From: Candidatus Poribacteria bacterium
Lineage (GTDB): Bacteria; Poribacteria; WGA-4E; WGA-3G
DNA: 64,000 nt
Direction: 5' to 3'
Assembly (NCBI GenBank): GCA_965215265.1
Contig: OZ244048.1
Location: 64,001-128,000 of the forward strand
The notes beneath the pieces are model-generated. The model saw nothing but the letters and a program-made list of their open reading frames with translations, was not told the DNA's origin and did no database searches. Numbering within the stretch: position 1 is the stretch's first letter; each line of letters opens with the position of its first letter. A program made the position numbers and the translations under genes. Shown in pieces: positions 30,757 to 41,678 of this stretch.

Positions 30757-32172
30757 CTAGTCCTTTGTTGTCTCGGTTTCTGGTTTGTCTCTGAAATCTT
30801 GGCTCTGGATGCCATATTTTTGCATCCGATGCTGAAGTTTCCGTCGCGAAATTCCTAATAATTGTGCTGCTTTGATTTGCTGCCCACCAGTTTTTGTCAA
30901 GGCACTACAGACGTATTCTTTGATAATTTCCTCTAATGAAACGCCGTCCTCGGGTATATCAAATTCAACGTCTGTTGATGGAAGAGAGGCATCTAAAATT
31001 TCAGGTGGCAATTCTTCTTTGTCAATGACTTCGTTTTCTGAAAGTACGAAGATGCGTCGAAGATAGTTTTCCAACTGACGTATATTGCCGGGCCATTGGT
31101 ATCGTCTGAGAGCTGACATAGCTTGTGATGTCAATTGTTTAGATGGTGCTCCGGCGTACTCGCTAGTGAATTTCTGAATTAGGAAATTCACAAGTTTTGG
31201 GATGTCTTGTGCTCGTTCCCGCAGTGGCGGTACGTGAAGTGGAATGACGTTCAATCGAAAATAGAGATCTTCCCGGAATGTGCCGTTTCGGACGGCTTCA
31301 ATCAAGTTTTTATTTGTAGCGGCAATGACACAGACATCGACTTTAATGTTCTTGGTTCCACCGACTCGACGTATTTCTCGCTCCTCTAGTATATGTAGGA
31401 GTTTGCTCTGTGTCTGTATGGGCAGGTCAGCGATTTCATCTAGGAAGAGTATACCTTGGTTGGCAACTTCAAACATGCCTTGCTTCTGTCGGACTGCATC
31501 TGTAAAGGCCCCGCGTTCGTGTCCAAAGAGTTCGCTTTCAATTAAGGTCTCTGGGATGGCCCCACAGTTAATTGCGACGAACGGTTTGCTTTTTCGAGGT
31601 CCATGTTTGTGGATTTGTCGTGCGATAAGGCTTTTTCCTGCGCCAGTCTCGCCTGTAATGAGAACCTGCATGACGCTGCGGTGGATAATTCGGGTCATGT
31701 TTTTAAAAAGCGCCTGCATTTTCTGACTCTCCCCAACGATGTCGTTAAAAGGAATTGTTGGCGTGGCATCATCGCTGTCGGTTCCGCTTTGTGAAACCAG
31801 TGCTCCGCGGGTTTGCAGGGCGTGCTTTACCTCACGTTTGAGGACATCAATTTGGATCGGTTTTTCAAGGTAGTAGAACGCGCCTTCATGTGCAACCAGA
31901 TTTACGGCATCATTGAGTTCTGCAAACGCTGTCATGATGAGTACCGGCAGTCCGGGGTCGTTGCGTTTGATTTCTCGAAGTAGGTCTCGACCTGCAAAGC
32001 GTGAAGACATCCACATATCGCTGATAACCAGGTCGAACATCTGTTTTTCGAGCGCGGCAAGTGCTGCTGTGCTGTCGCCAACTGTTTGCACGGTATATCC
32101 TTCGCGTTTCAAGATACGTTGTAAAATCGTGAGTTGTCCAGCATCATCGTCTACAATGAGTATTGACGGCAT
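30757..32172 (-). CDS. Sigma54-dependent response regulator, NtrC family
   Basis: Receiver domain, GETGAGKS, ESELFGHERGAFTDA, WPGNIRQL, C-terminal HTH. Confidence 0.95.
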   Translation of the reverse strand: MPSILIVDDDAGQLTILQRILKREGYTVQTVGDSTAALAALEKQMFDLVISDMWMSSRFAGRDLLREIKRNDPGLPVLIMTAFAELNDAVNLVAHEGAFYYLEKPIQIDVLKREVKHALQTRGALVSQSGTDSDDATPTIPFNDIVGESQKMQALFKNMTRIIHRSVMQVLITGETGAGKSLIARQIHKHGPRKSKPFVAINCGAIPETLIESELFGHERGAFTDAVRQKQGMFEVANQGILFLDEIADLPIQTQSKLLHILEEREIRRVGGTKNIKVDVCVIAATNKNLIEAVRNGTFREDLYFRLNVIPLHVPPLRERAQDIPKLVNFLIQKFTSEYAGAPSKQLTSQAMSALRRYQWPGNIRQLENYLRRIFVLSENEVIDKEELPPEILDASLPSTDVEFDIPEDGVSLEEIIKEYVCSALTKTGGQQIKAAQLLGISRRKLQHRMQKYGIQSQDFRDKPETETTKD

Positions 32173-32259
32173 GCTATTTTACCTCCTCTCTTTTAGCTCC
32201 ACAATTGCGAACAATGCCAATAGATTCATGATAAAGGCCGGTGCCTCTCCTAATTGTCC

Positions 32260-33993
32260 TTATAACTTATTATTGATTGGGAGACTAATTTTAAAAGCGG
32301 TTCCCATTCCCATTTTACTTTTCATCTCAATTTTTCCGTTGTGTGCGGTAATAATCTGAAGCGAAATCGCAAGTCCGAGTCCAATACCGCCTGTTGCATC
32401 CTTGGTTGTAAAGTATGCATCGTAGATCTGTTCTTGAATTTCTTCTGGGATGCCGATGCCTGTATCGCGAATTTCAAGGATTATATATGCTTCGTCATTC
32501 TGCTGTTCTTGAGAAGTGGTGATATAGATGCTGCCTCCTTTGGGCATCGCTTGGATGCTGTTTTGTATAAAGTTAAAGACTGTCTGGCGCATTAACCCGG
32601 TGTCTAGTCGGATATCCGGTAAGTTTCGATCGTAATTTTGTATTAGCTGCACGTTTGCATTTTCCGCTATCAGCACGAATTCTGAAAGGACGCGTGCTAC
32701 AAGAGAATTGAGATTGACAGCCTCCACATTAAGTTTACGCGGGCGATTTAGGGAGAGGAACTGCTCTGAAATCTGCTTCAATTCTTCAATCTTTTGGTTA
32801 ACAATGTCTAAGAGCTCTTTTGCTTCCTCAATATCGTCGGGTTCGACTTTGGGTTGTGAGAAAACCGTCTTCAGATATTGTGCTGTCATCCCAATCGAAT
32901 TCAGAGGGTTCCGAATTTCGTGAGCAACGCCGGCGGCGAGCTGCCCGAGTGCAGCAATACGTTTGGAGTGAGATTCACGCAACTGCCATAGCATACGGAC
33001 TAAGCTATAGGTTGCCTTCCCAATTTCATCGGTAGCATAAACCCCTATAGGTGGTGTTTGATTCTTTAATAAGTTTGGGTTCTCTTCTAGTTCCTTACCA
33101 CTTTGTATAATCTGCGTCATGCGTTCTAACGGTTTCATGACGAGATGATTCGTGGTGAAATCAATCAAAATAACGAGTAATGCGCCCACAATCACAATAA
33201 GGACAGCATGCATCAATAGGGAATTGCGGATGGATTTGTCAATATTTGGTACATCGAAAAGCACCTGTATATATCCGGTTTGCACCTTTTGTATCCACAA
33301 CGTTTCTTCTTCCTTCCATAAGGTATAGATATTGCCCTTTTCCTGATCCATAATTTGCCATCGTGTACCTCTTTCTTCAACTGTTATAGTTGCATCCAGT
33401 ACATAGATATTATTGTTGACAAGAACTTTCCACAGTTCAAAATGGATACTTCCTCTGTCTAATGTCATTTCGTATGCTAACTGTAAAGGACTATTTCCGT
33501 TCTTGCTGGAAAATTTTATCTGTCTTGGGGTTCCCAATGACACATGGTATTTAATAACGATGGCGGTAGCGTTCTGTCCTTCTACCGAGTCTATCTGCGC
33601 GCCTTTTGCTTCAATTTGTGCGATAGCTGCTGCATTCAAATTAATATCGGGGGTATTGTCGTGTGCGAGCAGCCGGGAACGAATACGGGTGTTGTCTAAA
33701 GAGACGTGAACGTTTAGTACATCTTGCATATCAGGGTGTTCTCGCTTGAGTTTCTGTAGGAGTTCATCAATTCGCGCTGCCTCATATACCTTTGCTGCTT
33801 TTAGTTCACTGACAATAGGACGGAGTATGGTATTCTCTGCGATTTTTTTTAGTTCTGCGCCACGCTCAGCCCCTAAAGCATGGAGAGCATTCATTTCACG
33901 ACGTACGCGGATACTATCAAAAAAGTAAAAGGCTACCAGTACTACAAGCACCGTGAAGTTAATAACCAAGGAATATTTCCATTGGAGTCGCAT
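32260..33993 (-). CDS. Sensor histidine kinase
   Basis: Two TM segments; H-box AHEIRNPL; N..QNSIQA, DTGIGI, GIGLGL. Confidence 0.95.
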   Translation of the reverse strand: MRLQWKYSLVINFTVLVVLVAFYFFDSIRVRREMNALHALGAERGAELKKIAENTILRPIVSELKAAKVYEAARIDELLQKLKREHPDMQDVLNVHVSLDNTRIRSRLLAHDNTPDINLNAAAIAQIEAKGAQIDSVEGQNATAIVIKYHVSLGTPRQIKFSSKNGNSPLQLAYEMTLDRGSIHFELWKVLVNNNIYVLDATITVEERGTRWQIMDQEKGNIYTLWKEEETLWIQKVQTGYIQVLFDVPNIDKSIRNSLLMHAVLIVIVGALLVILIDFTTNHLVMKPLERMTQIIQSGKELEENPNLLKNQTPPIGVYATDEIGKATYSLVRMLWQLRESHSKRIAALGQLAAGVAHEIRNPLNSIGMTAQYLKTVFSQPKVEPDDIEEAKELLDIVNQKIEELKQISEQFLSLNRPRKLNVEAVNLNSLVARVLSEFVLIAENANVQLIQNYDRNLPDIRLDTGLMRQTVFNFIQNSIQAMPKGGSIYITTSQEQQNDEAYIILEIRDTGIGIPEEIQEQIYDAYFTTKDATGGIGLGLAISLQIITAHNGKIEMKSKMGMGTAFKISLPINNKL

Positions 33994-34079
33994 TTTTCAT
34001 GTTTTGTCTTGCAAGGCCATTCCATTACATCAGACAAGTGCAAAGGAGTTTTGTGTGGGCGTTGTCTGTCAAATGCTTT

Positions 34080-35567
34080 CTAGTGCATAATTCGCTGGAT
34101 GGCATCTTTCCATCCGGCAAGTTTTTCTGCTCGTTGAATTGCATCAAGTTGTGGTAAAAAAATATCATTAATTGTTCGGTACTCCTCAAGTTCTGCAGCC
34201 TCTTGCCACACTCCGGTCGCAATTCCTGCAAGGTAAGCTGCCCCCAAGCCTGTTGTTTCAATTTGAGAAGGACGTTCTACAGGCATCCCCAAAATATCTG
34301 CCTGAAACTGCATCAAAAAATCATTTTCAACAGCACCGCCATCTACACGTAATCGTTCGAGCGTTATCCCGGCATCCGCCAGCATTGCAGTCACTACATC
34401 CGCTGATTGAAAGGCGATAGACTCTAAAGTAGCCCGGATGATGTGCTCGCGTGTTGTACCGCGCGTTAATCCGAAGATTGCGCCCCTTGCTTCACTGTTC
34501 CAGTATGGTGCACCAAGCCCGGTAAAAGCTGGTACTACGAAGACACCATCAGAATCAGCAACGCGGGTCGCAGCATCAGCAGTTTCGGAAGCAGCAGCAA
34601 TAATCTGGATGCCATCCCGGAGCCACTGTACTGCGGCACCTGCAATAAACACACTTCCCTCTAATGCATAAACAGGTTCTTCAGTGAGGCTACAAGCGAG
34701 AGTTGTCAATAGGCCGGTTTCTGACTGGATCCGTTGTGAACCCGTATTGAGCATTAAAAAACAGCCCGTGCCATAGGTATTCTTTGCCATTCCCGGTGTC
34801 AGACACAAGTTCCCGAAGAGTGCAGCTTGTTGGTCTCCGGCAATTCCTGCAATGGGTATTCCCTCAAGAATTTCATCTCGCACCGTGCCAAAGATGCAGG
34901 CTGATGGGCAGACTTCCGGTAAAATAGCTGCCGGTATGCTGAAGATATCCAAGAGGGTTGGATCCCAGCAAAGTGTCTCAATATTAAACAGTAGGGTTCG
35001 AGAAGCGTTTGTGTAATCGGTTCTATGCACTTTTCCGTTTGTCAACTTCCACAGGAGCCATGTATCTATATTACCAAATGCGAGTTCGCCTCGCTCAGCC
35101 TGTGCGCGCGCGCCGCAGACCTGATCCAGAATCCACCCTATTTTTGTGGCTGAAAAGTAAGGATCGAGCACAAGCCCTGTTTTTGCTTTTACGAGTGCCT
35201 CAACTCCTTGTTGCTTGTGCTTGAGTGATGTACATATATCTGAAGTGCGCCGGCACTGCCAGACAATCGCTGGATAGATAGGCTTGCCGGTGTGCCGTTC
35301 CCAAATGACGGTGGTTTCCCGTTGATTAGCGATTCCGATTGCTGCAATGTCTGCTTTACGCTCCACGTGGTGTAGGATGTCCGCTATGACCTGTTTTGTA
35401 ACGTTCCAGATTTCCTCTGCGTCGTGTTCTACCCAGCCAGGCTGTGGATAATGTTGCGTAAATTCCCGGTATCTGCGTGCGGTGACGGTGCCGAGTTCAT
35501 CAACAAGAAGAACCGTTGTTCCCGTTGTTCCTTGGTCAATTGAAAGCGTGTAGGTAGGGCTCTGCAT
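34080..35567 (-). CDS. glpK: Glycerol kinase
   Basis: [43 protein letters not shown]. Confidence 0.97.
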   Translation of the reverse strand: MQSPTYTLSIDQGTTGTTVLLVDELGTVTARRYREFTQHYPQPGWVEHDAEEIWNVTKQVIADILHHVERKADIAAIGIANQRETTVIWERHTGKPIYPAIVWQCRRTSDICTSLKHKQQGVEALVKAKTGLVLDPYFSATKIGWILDQVCGARAQAERGELAFGNIDTWLLWKLTNGKVHRTDYTNASRTLLFNIETLCWDPTLLDIFSIPAAILPEVCPSACIFGTVRDEILEGIPIAGIAGDQQAALFGNLCLTPGMAKNTYGTGCFLMLNTGSQRIQSETGLLTTLACSLTEEPVYALEGSVFIAGAAVQWLRDGIQIIAAASETADAATRVADSDGVFVVPAFTGLGAPYWNSEARGAIFGLTRGTTREHIIRATLESIAFQSADVVTAMLADAGITLERLRVDGGAVENDFLMQFQADILGMPVERPSQIETTGLGAAYLAGIATGVWQEAAELEEYRTINDIFLPQLDAIQRAEKLAGWKDAIQRIMH

Positions 35568-35874
35568 TTGCTATTTCTACCAAAGTTAGTTCTTGCAAAC
35601 GTGCACGTTATGTGTTACAATAACAAAAGTTCTTAAACGTGTCAACTGCAAATTCGTTAATCTTCGTAGTTAACCACAGTTTGGGCAACTCGAAACAGAA
35701 ACAGGGTTGAATTATGAACAGAGGCCGGAGAGAGCGAAGGGCTTGAACAATTTAGTGTTGACATTTGACAGATTAATTTGATAACATTTCTCATTAGCAT
35801 ATTTTTGTTGGAATGACTTCGCGAAATCGTTGTGCTACAAGATACGATAACAGATTTGTAATAAGCGAAAAGGA

Positions 35875-37758
35875 GTGAACGTTGTGAAAAAAGTTTGGCT
35901 TTGTGCGGTAGCGCTCTTATGCTTCGGGGCACTTCACAGTTACGCAGAAATTAAATGGGATGCCGAGAAGTTTATGCCGCTGTCCGAGGTGATGCCCGGG
36001 ATGCAAGGAAAGGGCTACACCGTGTTTTCCGGGATAACGGTCGAAGAATTTAATTTTGAAGTCGTGAGTATTGAATATAACTATTTCCCGGGGTGGCATG
36101 TCGTGTGGTGTGAAGGGCTTAGCGACAACTTTAAATGGACAGGTGTCGCCGGTGGCATGAGTGGGAGTCCTATGTATATTGATGGGCGGCTCATGGGTGC
36201 TTTAGCACTGGGGTTCTTCAATCAACGGGAACGTTCCAATATTTTTGGCGTAACCCCTTTTGAATTGATGGTGAAAGTCACTGAACGCGGAATGGAACCT
36301 AACTTAAGTTACGAGGGTGCTCAACTATTTAACCTTGATTCGGCAATAGTGAAAGAAGGGCTTGACATGGGTGCGTCCCTGTTTGGCGATGGAAAAGTCG
36401 CCCAGGTGCATCGTCCGTTTGATTTGAGGCTTTTAGAAAGCGTTTCTAATATCCCCTCTCGGGCGAATTCAGCGCATCTTCCGATGCCGGTCGCGCTCCC
36501 TACCCTGAATTCGGAAATGATGAGCATCGTTAAACCACTGTTTGACAAATTCAACTTTACGCCTATTCAAGCAGCAGGGGGTGGTAGTTCTATAAAGGAA
36601 TCGCCTGTTGAGAAAGCGCAGACCATAGGAACGGAGATGGTCCGGGGCGATGTTTCCTTGTTTGGATACGGTACGATTACTTATGTAGATGGAGATCAGT
36701 TCCTCGCGTATGGGCATCCGAATTTTGCCGAAGGCAACGTGAATCTACCGGTCTCTGGTGGTACTGTGAATTTCATTTTTCCGAGTCGCAGCCGTTCTTT
36801 CAAAGTCGCAGCCCCGACGCAGCCAATCGGTACGTTAGTGCAAGACCGCGAACCTGCGATTGCCGGAATCATAGGGAAACATCCGCCTTACCTCCCTATA
36901 AATGTTGCACTACAAACAAGTGATGGGAAACAGCACCAAAAGTCCTATGAAGTGGTGCGTCACCGCAGTTTTACCCCACTTTTTGCCGGAATTGGTGCTT
37001 GGTTTTTCTTAGACGCGCTTGAATTTTATTCCAACGACCACACGCTTAATCTTGACGCAACCATTACCTTACAGGAACAACCTGGACTCACATCACGAGA
37101 ACTGATTTTCAATAACATTTTTTCTTCAAGTGGTTCTCCGGGAATTCGCGTGATGAATACGCTAATGCTGCCAATGTTACAATTGATTAATAATTCGTAC
37201 ACAAAAGTTGAAGTGGAAGGCATTGCGTTGAATCTTAAAGTAGAGGATAAGCGGAGAACAGCAGTCGTTGAAAACATCAGCATTGATAAGCTGCGCTATC
37301 GTCCGGGGGAAACGGTAGAAGTCGAGTTGAGGTTACGTCCCTATCTTGAAAAGTCGTTTACGCAGAACGGGACGATTACAATTCCCAAGGGTACCCCCGA
37401 TGGTGTTGTAATGCTGATTGCCTCCAATGCAAATTTCCACAAAGTTTGGCAACGCTCCCGGGCACCACTGAATTTTCGTCCGAAGAACATCAACCACCTC
37501 ATTGAACTACTGCAACGTGATGAAAGAAACACGGATGTTATTCTTGAGCTTTTTGTTCCACAACCTGGGCTAACCGTTCAAGGTGAAGAATTCGCCAATC
37601 TACCGACTTCTGTGATGTCCGTGATGAATACTGCAAAACAGGTAGGTCAGAGTGGTTATACGACAGGTACTACGTTACAACTTGACAAAATCTCGACGGA
37701 TTATGTTATCTTCGGCAGCGGGTTAATGCGCTTTGCAATAGACAGGAGTGCTCAATAG
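35875..37758 (+). CDS. Secreted SpoIVB-type peptidase S55 domain protein
   Basis: GMQGKGYTVF.G, GVAGGMSGSPMYIDGRLMGAL, GTITYVDG...AYGHP. Confidence 0.88.
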   Translation: MNVVKKVWLCAVALLCFGALHSYAEIKWDAEKFMPLSEVMPGMQGKGYTVFSGITVEEFNFEVVSIEYNYFPGWHVVWCEGLSDNFKWTGVAGGMSGSPMYIDGRLMGALALGFFNQRERSNIFGVTPFELMVKVTERGMEPNLSYEGAQLFNLDSAIVKEGLDMGASLFGDGKVAQVHRPFDLRLLESVSNIPSRANSAHLPMPVALPTLNSEMMSIVKPLFDKFNFTPIQAAGGGSSIKESPVEKAQTIGTEMVRGDVSLFGYGTITYVDGDQFLAYGHPNFAEGNVNLPVSGGTVNFIFPSRSRSFKVAAPTQPIGTLVQDREPAIAGIIGKHPPYLPINVALQTSDGKQHQKSYEVVRHRSFTPLFAGIGAWFFLDALEFYSNDHTLNLDATITLQEQPGLTSRELIFNNIFSSSGSPGIRVMNTLMLPMLQLINNSYTKVEVEGIALNLKVEDKRRTAVVENISIDKLRYRPGETVEVELRLRPYLEKSFTQNGTITIPKGTPDGVVMLIASNANFHKVWQRSRAPLNFRPKNINHLIELLQRDERNTDVILELFVPQPGLTVQGEEFANLPTSVMSVMNTAKQVGQSGYTTGTTLQLDKISTDYVIFGSGLMRFAIDRSAQ

Positions 37759-37939
37759 ATAACATTTAGTCATACGGAATTAACTTTACTTAAATAAAAT
37801 TCAATTGCCCGTTCATGTCTGAGTCAATTGCAGTTCCAACAACGCGCAGTAACTGCGACTTAGAAGAGCGGAGGTTACTTGCATAGGAGTTTAATTGCAT
37901 GAGAAAAGGCGATAATCACCTATAGGAGGGTATTTTCTA

Positions 37940-40078
37940 ATGCGCCGAAGCATCTCCTTTTGGAGTCTCATTTTAATTGTGCTTATTCATACCAGCGCCG
38001 TGTTTGCTGTTAAAACATCTTTATGGGAACAGGAACAGCAATCCGATTTTGAAGCTGGAACATCGAAAAATCTCTCGCTTACGAGCCAAGGTGCTGTGAT
38101 GTTAGCCCCTAAGATCGAAGGCTTCACGAAACTGAAAGAGACACAGGTCTGGGCTGTTGCAGAGGATTCGGCAGGGAATCTTTACGCTGCGACTGGGAAC
38201 GAAGGCAAAATCTATAAAATTAGCGCTGGGAGTGATACTGCTGAGCTCTTCTACGATTCACCTGAGATCACTATCTATAGTCTTGCTATTGGTTCTGATG
38301 ATACGCTATACGCCGGGACTGGACCGGATGGGTTAATTTACAAAATTACGGATGCAACCACACCGCCAGAAACTATTCTAAGTAAAGGGGACAAATATGT
38401 GTGGGCCCTGCGTTTTGATGAGGCAGGGAATCTGTACGCTGCAACAGGTACGGATGGAAAAATTTATAAAATCACGCCTGAGGGTGAATCTAGTGTGCTA
38501 TTCGATGCAGAAGAAAAAAATATCATGGCATTGCTGCCAACTGAAGACGGATTCTACGCTGGCAGCAGCGACAACGGTATTATCTACCGGATCCTGGCAG
38601 ATGGGACCGCGAGCGTTATCTACCAGGCGAAGGAGAAAGAAGTCCGAACTCTCGTCATGGATAGCAAAGGTAACCTTTATGCAGCCGTTGTGACATCTGC
38701 GCCTGCGGAACCGAGTAGGGGCCGGCGCTCAAACGGCCCGCCGACACCGAGCGGTCCACCACCGCCGGGTGGCGGACCGCCTCAAGAGAATTCATCTAAT
38801 ATTTACCAAATTCGTCCAGACGGAACGGCTATGTCAGTTTGGGCTTCCCCTGAACCACTTATCTTGGCTATTGTGCTGGAAAACGACTTACAACTCTTGG
38901 TTGGGACGGGTGACAAAGGCAAGTTGTACCGGGTCAATCCAATAACTGGAGACTCCACAGAACTTGGTAAGGCTTCCGGGAACCAAGTCTTGGCAATCCA
39001 CCAAAAAGAGGTAGAGGGTAACATTCGTACACTCCTCACGACTGGAAATCCTGGTAAACTCTTTACGTTAACAGCAACTTATGTTGATGAGGGCACGCTT
39101 GAATCTGAAGTCCACAATGCACAAAGTTTATCGCGTTGGGGAAAGCTTTCGTGGGAAGCAGAGGTTGCAGAAGGGAACGCGATCACTTTCTCAACCCGTT
39201 CAGGTAAAACGCGGAAGCCGGATGATACGTGGAGCGACTGGTCTGATGAATTGACAACTGCAGAGGGTTCGCAAATCTCAAGCCCCGATGGGCAGTACAT
39301 ACAGTGGCGTGCAAAACTTACAGCGAGCGAGGACGCGCAAACACCTATCCTGAAAAAGGTTACACTTGCCTCCGTCCAGACAAATATTGAACCGAAATTC
39401 ATCAGCATTGAGGTGAATGATGGCAGCAGTACCAACAGTGGTGACAAAGGCAGGCGCTCCTCAGGCGGCGGATTGCCACCTCCCGGTATGCGCTCTGGCG
39501 GTGATAACGCGCCAAGTAGCAGCGCTGCAGCACCTTCTAAAAATTGGAAAATTAGTTGGAAGGTTGAGGATGCTAATCAGGATACACTGCAGTATACCCT
39601 TTACTATAAAGCCGTTGACGAAGCAAATTGGAAACTGCTGAAAAAAGAATTATCGAAGGCGAACTATGAATGGGACATCGCTTCCGTCGCTGATGGGAGA
39701 TACATCTTGAAAGTTGTTGCAACAGACAAGTTGAGTAATCCGGCAGGATGGGAGAAGTCGGTGGAAAAAATTAGCAAGTCTTTTGATGTGGATAATACTC
39801 AGCCTGTTGTCGGTGCTATTCAAGCGACTGCGAATGGGGATGGAACCTACAAGATTGTCTCTGACGTTATGGATGCTATGAATCTGATTCAGAAAGCCGT
39901 CTATAAGATTGACAGTGACGAACATTGGCAGGTCATCTTTCCTAACGATGGAATCTTTGATTCAAAGCAGGAGCAGCTTCTATTGGAAACCGGCGAACTT
40001 CCTGAGGGGGCTCACACCATCACGATTCAGGTGACAGATAAAGCTGGCAATATGGCATTCGGACGCGTAAGTTTCTAA
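37940..40078 (+). CDS. Secreted beta-propeller plus fibronectin/Ig-like protein
   Basis: Repeated 'GNLYAATG..GKIYKI' blades; C-terminal DGRY.LKVVATD, VDNT.P, EGAHTITIQVTD.AGN. Confidence 0.8.
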   Translation: MRRSISFWSLILIVLIHTSAVFAVKTSLWEQEQQSDFEAGTSKNLSLTSQGAVMLAPKIEGFTKLKETQVWAVAEDSAGNLYAATGNEGKIYKISAGSDTAELFYDSPEITIYSLAIGSDDTLYAGTGPDGLIYKITDATTPPETILSKGDKYVWALRFDEAGNLYAATGTDGKIYKITPEGESSVLFDAEEKNIMALLPTEDGFYAGSSDNGIIYRILADGTASVIYQAKEKEVRTLVMDSKGNLYAAVVTSAPAEPSRGRRSNGPPTPSGPPPPGGGPPQENSSNIYQIRPDGTAMSVWASPEPLILAIVLENDLQLLVGTGDKGKLYRVNPITGDSTELGKASGNQVLAIHQKEVEGNIRTLLTTGNPGKLFTLTATYVDEGTLESEVHNAQSLSRWGKLSWEAEVAEGNAITFSTRSGKTRKPDDTWSDWSDELTTAEGSQISSPDGQYIQWRAKLTASEDAQTPILKKVTLASVQTNIEPKFISIEVNDGSSTNSGDKGRRSSGGGLPPPGMRSGGDNAPSSSAAAPSKNWKISWKVEDANQDTLQYTLYYKAVDEANWKLLKKELSKANYEWDIASVADGRYILKVVATDKLSNPAGWEKSVEKISKSFDVDNTQPVVGAIQATANGDGTYKIVSDVMDAMNLIQKAVYKIDSDEHWQVIFPNDGIFDSKQEQLLLETGELPEGAHTITIQVTDKAGNMAFGRVSF

Positions 40079-40122
40079 GGTTTAGTCTGATGAAACTGCT
40101 AACAAGTGCTGCAACTAACTTT

Positions 40123-41505
40123 CTAGGATAAATTCGTCACTTCTGCAATAGCGCCGTAGGCAATATCCAAAAGGGCATCTAGCTCTTCAAGTGAAATTTG
40201 CAACGGCGGCATCAAAACCAAGGTATTAACAAGCGGTCGAAGGATTGCTCCACGAGCCAGTGCTTCTTTACATACCCGGATACCTACCTTTTCCTCCAGT
40301 GTGTACGGAGTGTGGGTATCCGGTTTTTTTATCAACTCCACCCCGGCTGCCAATCCACATACCCGTACATCACCGACGTGCGGCAGCGTCCAAAATTCCT
40401 GAAGCCGAGTCGTAAAATGTTTAATAGTCGTCTGGAGACGCGTGAGGAGGTCTGCCCTTTGAAAAATGGCGATATTTTCTAACGCCACGGTGCATGCCAA
40501 GGGATTACCTGTGAACGTGTGTCCATGGAAGAAGGTTTTGCGCGCGCTATATTCCCCCAAGAAGGCGTTGTAGATGTTGTCTGTGGTTAATGTCGCCGCG
40601 AGCGGTAAGTAACCTGCAGCTAACCCTTTTGCTGTACAGAGTAAGTCGGGGGTAACGTCCTCATGTTCGCATGCCCACATTTTTCCGGTGCGTCCGAACC
40701 CGGTCATGACTTCATCAACAATGAGAAGCGTTTTATATTGCTGAGCCAACGCGGCTATATCTTTCAAAAACCCTTTCGGAGCGACAATCATTCCGCCTGC
40801 ACCTTGGATCAGGGGCTCCACAATAATGCCTGCAATTTCTTCAAAATGTTGTTCTAAAACTTGTTCCATGGCGCTGAGACAGCGCATTTTGACAGAGTGG
40901 GGGGCAGAGCGCAGTTGCCAGCCCTGCTGACTGCGCGAATCGGAAGCATGATATGTTGTCGGGGCAGGCACGCGAAGGCCTTTAAAGAGGAGAGAATCAA
41001 ACGTCGTGTGGAAACTATCAATGCCACCGACACTCATGGCACCAACTGTATCGCCGTGGTAGGCTTTATCTAAGTGGATAAACTTTTTTCGCTGTGGTTT
41101 TCCTTTGTGTTGCCAGTACTGATACGCCATCTTCAGCGCGACTTCAACGGCGGTTGAACCGTTATCGGAATAAAAAACCTTGTTGAGTCCTACAGGCGTG
41201 AGCTCTACCAACTTTTTTGCGAGTTGAATTGCAGGGATATTGCTGCAGCCGAGCAGTGTAGCGTGTGCTATTTTATCCGCTTGTTTTTTGAGTGCTGCAT
41301 TCAGCTCAGCATGGTTGTGTCCGTGAACGTTGGTCCACATAGAGGCAGTCCCGTCTATATACCGATTGCCGTCTATGTCAATTAGGTAACAACCCTCACC
41401 GCCTGCAATAATGAGAGGCATTTCCTCTAGCCAATCTTTCATTTGTGTGAAGGGGTGCCAGAGGTAGCGTTTATCCCAGGCAACAAGTTCGGTTTTGTCA
41501 AACAT
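40123..41505 (-). CDS. bioA: Adenosylmethionine-8-amino-7-oxononanoate aminotransferase
   Basis: LWHPFTQM, YSDNGSTAVEVALKMA, YHGDT, DEVMTGFGRTG, TAKGL, FFHGHTFTGNPL. Confidence 0.95.
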   Translation of the reverse strand: MFDKTELVAWDKRYLWHPFTQMKDWLEEMPLIIAGGEGCYLIDIDGNRYIDGTASMWTNVHGHNHAELNAALKKQADKIAHATLLGCSNIPAIQLAKKLVELTPVGLNKVFYSDNGSTAVEVALKMAYQYWQHKGKPQRKKFIHLDKAYHGDTVGAMSVGGIDSFHTTFDSLLFKGLRVPAPTTYHASDSRSQQGWQLRSAPHSVKMRCLSAMEQVLEQHFEEIAGIIVEPLIQGAGGMIVAPKGFLKDIAALAQQYKTLLIVDEVMTGFGRTGKMWACEHEDVTPDLLCTAKGLAAGYLPLAATLTTDNIYNAFLGEYSARKTFFHGHTFTGNPLACTVALENIAIFQRADLLTRLQTTIKHFTTRLQEFWTLPHVGDVRVCGLAAGVELIKKPDTHTPYTLEEKVGIRVCKEALARGAILRPLVNTLVLMPPLQISLEELDALLDIAYGAIAEVTNLS

Positions 41506-41678
41506 ATCTATTTGCCAACGTTTACAACCGTTAATGCCTGCCGAGGTATATTGAGGGATAACTTCGCTTATTTGGCACGTTTGTAAAGATAGTTAAAGCA
41601 ATGAAAAATATCATAGTGCTGAGGTTCTCTCACCCCAAGCCGCTAAGCTAAATCTGTAAGGGTAGAGTCGCCTGTGAA

